Shown here piece by piece: positions 55,653 through 64,000 of a DNA stretch of 64,000 nucleotides. Made by a program: the position numbers and the translations under genes. Numbering within the stretch: position 1 is the stretch's first letter; each line of letters opens with the position of its first letter. This stretch comes from Paraspadella gotoi (taxonomy: Eukaryota > Animalia > Chaetognatha), in the NCBI GenBank assembly GCA_051294375.1, contig JBJCIZ010000239.1, positions 5,240,532 through 5,304,531 of the forward strand, written 5' to 3'. The notes beneath the pieces are model-generated. The model was not told where the DNA came from, did no database searches, and saw only the letters and a program-made list of their open reading frames with translations.

Positions 55653-56471
55653 CTTTTTATTTTGGAAAAGAGGGGCGGGGGGAGTGTAATGGTGAAAAGG
55701 GATCGCGGTAGGGCTAGGGTGAGGTAATCGATATTAGGTTTTCAGGTCGTTTTACTTGTCATTCAAACGTTTTACTCTAATATAAATAATACATAAATGA
55801 ATAATGAATAATATAAATAACAATATAAATCGTATGAAAGTAACGATTTAAATTCAACTGAGCCGGTCGTTTACCTTTCTTTTTTTTTAATTTTATTTTA
55901 ATTTCAATTTAGATTTTAATTTCTGTTTAAACTTTTCTTTGAATCTTAACAAAACTTTAATCTTAATTTTAAATTTTTTTTTTTTTTTGAAATATCATTT
56001 TCAGTCACTCAAACAATTTTTTAAAAAATCCGTTAATTCTAATTTTTCTTTTTTGTCTCTAAAATTAATTGCTGCTTTTAAAACCAGAATCGCCAGTGAA
56101 CTAAATCTCAAGTGAATTAGACTCGGGTTGGAAAAGTGGGAAAGAGAAATAAATCTTTTCTCCTCTCCACTTTAACCACCTTTAACCACCTTTCTTTCTT
56201 TTCTAATTCTTCTTCTTCCTCTCAAACTCTCTCTCTCTCTCTTTCCCTTCTTCCTTTTCTTTCCTCCTCAACTTCTTTCCCCCCCTTCTTTCTTTCCTCT
56301 TCCTCATATCTTTCCCATTTTCCTCCTTTCCTTCTTTTTCCTCCCTTTTTACTTTCTCCTCCTTCTTCCTTCTCCTCTTTCTAATTTCCTTTTTCTCTTC
56401 CTCCTATTTCTCCTGCTCCTCTTTCCCTCTCTCCTCTTCCTCCTCCTCCTCCTCCTCCCCCGCCTTCTCAC

Positions 56472-56562
56472 TTGAGTAGCATCGGCAGCGAGCCTCGCGC
56501 ATAAAGCTCCAGTCGAATTGGCTTTGTCGTCGAAGAAGGCCGTTTCTTGCTGGAGTATAGAC
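56472..56562 (-). CDS. ABCB1: ABCB TMD2 exon (intracellular loop 3)
   Basis: ctacag|...|gtgaga; SILQQETAFFDDKANSTGALCARLAADATQ (cf. WFDDPKNTTGALTTRLANDAAQ). Confidence 0.93.
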
Positions 56563-56577
56563 CTGTAGACAGGCAAA

Positions 56578-56925
56578 GATGATGACTGTCATTAGGACGT
56601 AATTTGGACTGTCATTAAGCTGCGATGATGACCGTCATCAAGCTGTAGAGACGACTATCATTGTGATGATGATTTACATTAAGGTTTAAAGTTGAATAAC
56701 ATTAAGCCGTCCCGAGTACTACTATCAGGGCGTGACGATGATTGTCACCGAGCTGTGATAATGACTGTCAGTAATCTGTGATGATGACTGTGATGAAAAC
56801 TATCGTTAAAACGTGATATTGACTGTAATTAAGTTGAGAAGATGATTGTCAGTAACCTACGATGCAACTGTCATCGGTATGCAATAACGACTGTCATTAA
56901 GCTGTAAAGATGATTGTCATTAAAT
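56578..56925 (+). repeat. Degenerate GATGACTGTCATTAAGCTG-type intronic array
   Basis: Repeated gatga(c/t)tgtca cores through the intron between exons 57104 and 56562. Confidence 0.8.
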
Positions 56926-57103
56926 CTTCAGATTAATGACAACCATCGTAAGCCATGCTTCGACGAAGACCAAACTCGATTCGACTTCAACTGAAACGAT
57001 CAAACTCTTTAAAGATATATCATAGCCACAACATCAACAGCGACATCCCCGACAAAACTACATCCCGCAGCAGCATCCGGCGGCGCCGCTGCGGCGTACT
57101 CAC

Positions 57104-57283
57104 TTGAAGGACTTCCGCCGCAGCCTCGTGGTCAACTTCTCGCCCGCCACCCCGAAGAGGCCCGTGGAAAGGAGGTGGCCGACGAGATGGGCGCCGCCGA
57201 CCGAGAGAAACATGAGACTCCAGAAGAGAGAGTCGGATTCCGATTGGGCGACGTCGGTGTTTTGAAAGACGGAGAGAACTTCG
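57104..57283 (-). CDS. ABCB1: ABCB TMD2 exon (TM8)
   Basis: ccccag|...|gtgagt; SEVLSVFQNTDVAQSESDSLFWSLMFLSVGGAHLVGHLLSTGLFGVAGEKLTTRLRRKSFK (cf. FGKAGEILTKRLR). Confidence 0.92.
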
Positions 57284-57725
57284 CTGGGGGTCGAGGGACA
57301 GAGGATTGAATGATCGATTGATTGGTTGGTTGATGGGTTGATTGGTTGGTGGATTGATGGGTTGGTTGGTTGGTGGATTGGTTGGTGGGTTGGTTGGTTG
57401 ATTGATTGGTTAGTTGATTGGTTGATGGGTTGGTTGGTTGATTGAAAGGTTGGTTGGTTGATTGGTTGTTTTGTTTGTTGGTTAATGGGTTGGTTTATTT
57501 ATAGATTGATTAGAATGATTGATGGAAAGATTGATTATTTGTTCTTTGTTTGATGTTTTGATTGATTGCTCGATAGATTGATTAATCAGGGTAAAAATGT
57601 GAAAGTCAACAAAATAACCAATTATGTTGTTAATGAGCGTCGTGCTATATAATAACAATATAAAAAATTCGCTGCATATGTTATGGAATCCTAAATAGTG
57701 TACATTGATCCTGTTCCTTTTCCCT

Positions 57726-57806
<81 letters not shown>

Positions 57807-58559
57807 AGGCAGCCGACAGAGAGAAAAAGGAGAGAGTTAACGAGGCGAAGTTTAGAATTCTCCAAAATGGCCCTCGTAATTCTTGTCGATCTCCCTCCGC
57901 GCCCATTACTTAGCCGATCGGAATTTTTTTTTCACAGCCGATCGGAAATTTTTTTTTTCAGTTTGAATTCAATTTATTTTATTTTTTCTTCTTCTTTTAG
58001 AAACTGTACCGAATTATAATAGATTTACTTAAATGTTTTGATCTTCCTAGGTTTCTATCCTTATTTTTTGTGATAGTTTTCCGTCACGTTCATCAGAAAT
58101 CATTTACATTTGTTGGCCTTTTTTGTTTCTATCTCTTTACAATATAATTTTTATTTTCGTTTAACTTATTGTATATTAAACTTATTATTACTACCCGCTA
58201 GCTCAATAAAAAAACATTATATGTATTGCTTATTAACAACGCTCATTTTAATTTTTTTTTCAATTCAACTCTTGTAACAACTAAAAACAAATCAAAGTAA
58301 TTAAAAGACCTTTCGAGAGCAATTAAACCACAACCGAATCAAAAGTAAAAAAAAAACTCAATCAAAACAATCAGAATCAACAATCAAATACAAATTACAT
58401 TAAATCAATAATCAATCGAGTCATCAGTAGATAGGTCATTATCGTATATTGATAATCGATCAATCAAAATTAGTGTCGAATAACTAATCAATCAAACCAA
58501 TCAAAATCTAACCAATCAGTCACCAATCAATCTTTTTTTAATTTATCCTTCCGCCCCAG

Positions 58560-58764
58560 GATTCCTCGGAGCTTCTTCGCCCTCAACCGGTGGATCTGAA
58601 TTTCGACGAAGTCTTTCGCGCCCACGACGACGACGACGACGACGACGAACAGAACGACGACGAAGCCAATGCGCGAAAACGTCGGACGAGCAGCTTCAAA
58701 CGGACATCTCCAAGGCAACACGAGTCTCGGGAGACGATGACGAGGAGTTTAGCTCCGGGTTGGG
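58560..58764 (+). CDS. ABCB1: ABCB linker exon, assembled on the strand opposite to the rest of the gene (copy 1)
   Basis: ccccag|...|gtgaga; DSSELLRPQPVDLNFDEVFRAHDDDDDDDEQNDDEANARKRRTSSFKRTSPR..., acidic then basic/Ser-rich like P-gp linkers; phase 0 matches the 63553 donor. Confidence 0.7.
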
Positions 58765-58864
58765 GTGAGATGAGAAGGGGGGGAAGGGGATTGGGGTTAG
58801 TAACGGATAACAGGGAGGGGCGGTTGGGGTTAGGAAGAGGAAGATGGATGAACAGATTAAGAAA

Positions 58865-59180
58865 CTGTTGACAAGGGACAAGGGAAACGAGGGTCTCGCT
58901 GACAGAATAAGAAGCGAGTTGACAGAGGACGCCAAAGATCTTGCTGACAGAGTAAGTATGGTTGACAAGGACAAAGGGAAAAAGAGGGTCTTGCTGACAG
59001 ATAAGAAGCCGAGTTGACAGAAGGGACGCCAAAGAGTCGTTGCTGACAGAGTAATAATTGGTTGACAAAAGGACAAAGGGAAAACGAGGGGTCTCGCTGA
59101 CGAATAAGAGCGAGTTCGTCGAGCAAAGGAGACCCAAAGATCTTGCTTGACAGAATGAGTAAAATTTGTTGACAAATGGA
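58865..59180 (+). repeat. Degenerate GTTGACA / TTGCTGACAGA array
   Basis: Alternating gttgaca and gctgacaga cores; duplicated at ~60710-60980. Confidence 0.8.
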
Positions 59181-59690
59181 CAAAGAATACGTTAGGATAG
59201 GAAATTGTTAAATAAATAAATGTTTGACTTTTTGTTTAGTACGTGTTAGTTAGAGAAATTGACAAAGGAGAATTGAATGGTTAAATGTGGAAGAAGGAAA
59301 AATCTATTACTATCAACATCGCAGGAAATGGACGCAGTATATGGGAACAATCTAAGACGAGAGGAACCAAACAATGGGATTTGAGTTGGGTATGGAAATA
59401 ATAAAGAATTTAAATGGGCAGAGCGCCAGAAAGGGTAAGATTGAATCTTAGGACCGGCTACTCTTTACGCGAAAAGGAAAACTCGTACGAGTCAAATTCT
59501 AATAATAATCTTTTTCTTTCTGCTCTTCTTAATCTTTGTCTCTTTTTCCTCCCTCTCTCTTTTTTCTCCTCCATTCCCCGTTCTCTATTTCTCCCTTCTT
59601 TTTTTCTTTCCCCTCTCACCTCCTCTTTCCTCTTTCTTTGTTTTCTCGTCTCTCTCTCTCGTCTCTCTCTCTCGCTCTCTCTCCGCTCTC

Positions 59691-59723
<33 letters not shown>

Positions 59724-59857
59724 TCTCTCTCTCTCTTCCTCTCTCTCTCCCATCCCTCCGTTACTCTTTCCTCTTTCCTCCCTTCTCCCTACACTTTCTC
59801 TGCTCCCTTTCCTTCCTCTCTCCCTCTCCCTCCCTTCCTCCCTACCTCCGCCCCTAG

Positions 59858-60026
59858 CTACAAAGACTTGGACGGCGCCGCAGAGAAGCTCGACGCCGAT
59901 AAACCTCCACCGGCGTCCTCTGGAGAATCTACAAGATGAACGACCCGAATGGGGATTCATTTTCTTCGGCATTCTCGTTCCATTATTTGTGGCGGAACCT
60001 CGCCCGTCTTCGCTATTTAAATTTAG
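59858..60026 (+). CDS. ABCB1: ABCB TMD2 first exon (elbow helix + TM7), on opposite strand, with indel errors (copy 1)
   Basis: Consensus with copy 2 reads approximately YKDLDGAAEKLDAD...VLWRIYKMNRPEWGFIFFGI.GSIIVGGTSPVFAII, resembling P-gp FWRIMKLNLTEWPYFVVG...GGLQPAFAIIFS; ends ag|gt in phase 2, joining exon 57283. Confidence 0.8.
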
Positions 60027-60027
60027 G

Positions 60028-60113
<86 letters not shown>

Positions 60114-60178
60114 AGATTTTGATTGGTTTTAAATTACAATGCTCGCATTATTCCNNNNNNNNNNNNNNNNNNNNNNNN

Positions 60179-61942
60179 NAAGTAAAAAAAAAACTCAATC
60201 AAAAAACAATCAGTCCCAAATCAACAATCATTAATCAATTAATAAATCAATCAAGTCAATCGAGAAGTAGATAGGTCATTAATCGTATATTGATTAATCG
60301 ATCAATCAAAATTAGTGTCGAATAACTAATCAATCAAACCAATCAAAATCTAACCAATCAGTCACCAATCAATCTTTTTTTAATTTATCCTTTGCCGCCA
60401 GGATTCCTCGGAGCCTTCTTCGCCTCAACCGGTGGATCTGAATTTCGACGAAGTCTTTCGCGCCCACGACGACGACGAGACGACGACAAGAACGACGACG
60501 AAGCCAATGCGCGAAAACGTCGGACGAGCAGCTTCAAACGGACATCTCCAAGGCCAACGGACGAGTCTCGGGAGACGATGACGAGGAGTTTGAGCTCCGG
60601 GTTGGGGGTGAGATGAGAAAGGGGGGAGATTGGGGTTAGTAACGTGATACAGGGAGGGGGCGGTTGGGGTTTAAGGAAGAGGAGAGATGGATGACAGATT
60701 AAGAAACTGGTTGACAAAGGACAAAAGAGGAAAAGAGGGTCTTGCTGACAGATAAGAAGGCGAGTTGACAGAGGGACGCCAAAGAGTCGTTGCTGACGAG
60801 TAAATAATTGGTTGACCAAAGGAACAAGGGGAAAACAGGAGGGTCTTGCTGTAGAGATAAGAAGCGAAGCGTCTGAAAAGGCGCAAGACTGCGCAGAGCT
60901 AGTCATGTTGAGGGGGGAGGTCTGCTGACAGAATAGAACGAGTAGCAGCAAAGATTGCTGACAATTAAATTTGGACAAATGGGAACAAAGGAATACGTTA
61001 GGATAAGGGAAATTGTTAAATAAATAAATGTTTGACTTTTTTGTTTAGTAGCGTGTTAGTTAGAGAAAATTGAACAAAGAGAGATGTGTAAATGTGAAAA
61101 ATGTAAAGAAATCTATACTATACATCGCAGAGAACATGGAGCGCAGTATGATGGGAACCAAAATGATTTGCTTATAGACGAAGAACGAGATAAAGCAGAC
61201 GCAGAATCAGAAGGAAATCTTAGGGATCGGCTACTCTATTACGCGATGGGGGAACCGTAGAGTAATTAATAAGAATTCTTTCTGCTCCTAATGGCTTGCC
61301 AGCGTCCTGACTCTCCTTGCTCTCATGTCCGTTTATCTCCTGATCTTTTTCTTCTCACCTCTTTACGCTCGAGATTACGTCTTGGTATCATTCTACATGT
61401 GATCTTCTCTATGACGTCAACTAGTTACTCTACATCGTGCTTCTATCTCTTTCGCTCGTCTATACTCTTGCATCGCGGACCAGCTCTCTGCCATCTTCTC
61501 ATCTAACTTGTCTCTCTCTACCTTCCCAGCTATCCCGTTATTATTCTCTTCGCTCTCCCCTAACTTCTCTGCCTTCCTTCCTCTCTCGCCTCCCCCTCTA
61601 CCATCAACGCCAGCTCAAATTGACCGCGAACCCTGATCCCTCCCAGCATGTAACTCGCTTTCTCTCGTCTCTCTCTCTCTCTTCTTGTCTACTCTCTCTC
61701 GTCTCTCTCGATTCCTCTCTCTCTCTTCTCTCCTCTCCTCCCTGTCCGCTACCCAGCTACAAAGACTTGGACGGCGCCGCAGGAGTCGACGCGCGATAAC
61801 CCCTCCGGCGTCCTCTGAGAGAATCTAAAGATGAACCGACCCGAATGGGGATTCATTTTCTTCGGCATTCTTCGGTTCCATTATTGTGGGCGGAACCTCG
61901 CCCGTCTTCGCTATTATTTAGGTGAGAGATGAAAGAGAGGAG

Positions 61943-62019
<77 letters not shown>

Positions 62020-62049
62020 TTGATTGGTTTTAATTACAATGCTCCATAT

Positions 62050-62050
<1 letters not shown>
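60179..62050 (+). repeat. Tandem ~1.8 kb duplicate of 58341-60154, with second copies of the two ABCB exons (60402-60607, 61757-61921)
   Basis: Collinear near-identity with 58341-60154, separated by a short N gap; the two copies carry different indels. Confidence 0.93.
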
Positions 62051-63148
<1,098 letters not shown>

Positions 63149-63552
63149 CACAAGAAAGCACTGACGAGTCGCAGCAATCGCGTAATCCCTCGAGAAGTCA
63201 TCTACGTTACTGGTTGATTCGGTTGTTTTAATTGCTTCGAAAGGTTTAATTACACTGATTTGTTTTTGGATTGATTGATTTAATTTAATTTGTTTTGAAT
63301 ACTTTGATTTATTAAATTTATTTGATTTGATTGTTCGCATTAATTTAATTAAGTGGATTTCTTAAATACCGGAGCCCAATTTGTTTCATGTATCAGGATT
63401 GATTTTATTCGATTGGTTCCAGTGATTCAGTTTATATTTGATCGACGCTATTCGTTCAAACGAATAGATTTTACTTTAATTTGATTGATTTCCACACGGG
63501 TTGTTTTTTTTTTTTAAATTGATTGGTTTCCATCGCAATCGAACCCCAAAAC

Positions 63553-63716
63553 CTGTCTAAAAGTCTGCGACTCGACGAGCTTGTGATAGACTCCCCTCTT
63601 GGCCATCAACTCCTCGTGACGTCCGGTCTCGACGACGCGCCCACTCTCGAGGACGAAGATGACGTCGGCGTTGATGATCGTGGAGAGACGGTGGGCGATC
63701 ACGATGGTGGTTCGAC
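63553..63716 (-). CDS. ABCB1: ABCB1/P-glycoprotein-like transporter, last NBD1 exon (H-loop)
   Basis: aaag|...cag|gtttt; [55 protein letters not shown]. The symbol denotes the family, not proven orthology. Confidence 0.92.
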
Positions 63717-63753
63717 CTTTTGGTAGGAGTGGGTGGTTTGATTGAATAGGGGG

Positions 63754-63815
63754 GCGTCGGCGATGTAGTGGTTAGCATAGTTGCCATCCAGGCCGTTCGA
63801 TTTCCCGCTGTCACA
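63754..63815 (+). pseudogene. Second, internally deleted tRNA-Gly-like sequence
   Basis: gcgtcggcgatgtagtggttagcatagttgccatcca...gttcgatttcccgctgtcac, then a T-run; shares its 3' end gctgtcac with 63899-63970. Confidence 0.6.
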
Positions 63816-63898
63816 TTTTTTTAAATTACTTTTTTTTTATTCAAAATTACTTAGGATGGTAATGACAATATATATAAAATATTTAACAAATTGCCTGT

Positions 63899-63970
63899 GT
63901 GTCAGTGGTGTAATGGTTAGCTTAGTTGCCTTCCAAGTACTTGATATGCGTTCGATTCCCTGCTGTCACG
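63899..63970 (+). pseudogene. Degenerate tRNA-Gly(TCC)-like sequence (pseudo-tRNA or SINE head)
   Basis: gtgtcagtggtgtaatggttagc...gccTTCCAag...gttcgattccc...ctgtcac; 72 nt with A and B boxes and TCC anticodon loop, but mismatches in acceptor, anticodon and T stems; TTTT follows. Confidence 0.75.
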
Positions 63971-64000
63971 GCTTTTGAATTACTTGTTTTCTTATTAAAA

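Overview
Eukaryotic (metazoan-looking) draft-assembly window: AT-rich, very dense in microsatellites ((GA)n, (AAAG)n, (TCAA)n, (GAC)n), with many N gaps. Almost all ORFs in the track are repeat artefacts. Two convergent intron-containing genes can be read by hand. (1) A kinesin-11/KIF26-family gene on +, with six motor-domain exons from 2477 to 38271 and an apparent ~32 kb intron splitting the P-loop. (2) The 3' half of a full-length ABCB1/P-glycoprotein-type transporter, mainly on -, from the end of NBD1 (63716) to the stop (42346). The dominant structure is three multi-kb inverted (fold-back) duplications plus a ~1.8 kb tandem duplication, with indel-rich copies. As a result two required ABCB exons sit only on the opposite strand, and a probable next KIF26 exon survives only in an antisense arm. 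The most parsimonious explanation is chimeric or uncorrected long reads (or amplification chimeras) in the assembly; a real rearrangement cannot be excluded from sequence alone. Smaller signals: G-rich 5' and C-rich 3' ends of ABCB introns, a GC-AG intron, two degenerate tRNA-Gly-like elements, several hairpin-rich islands and dispersed repeat families. No convincing new biological system is demonstrable; the best candidates are flagged with tests.
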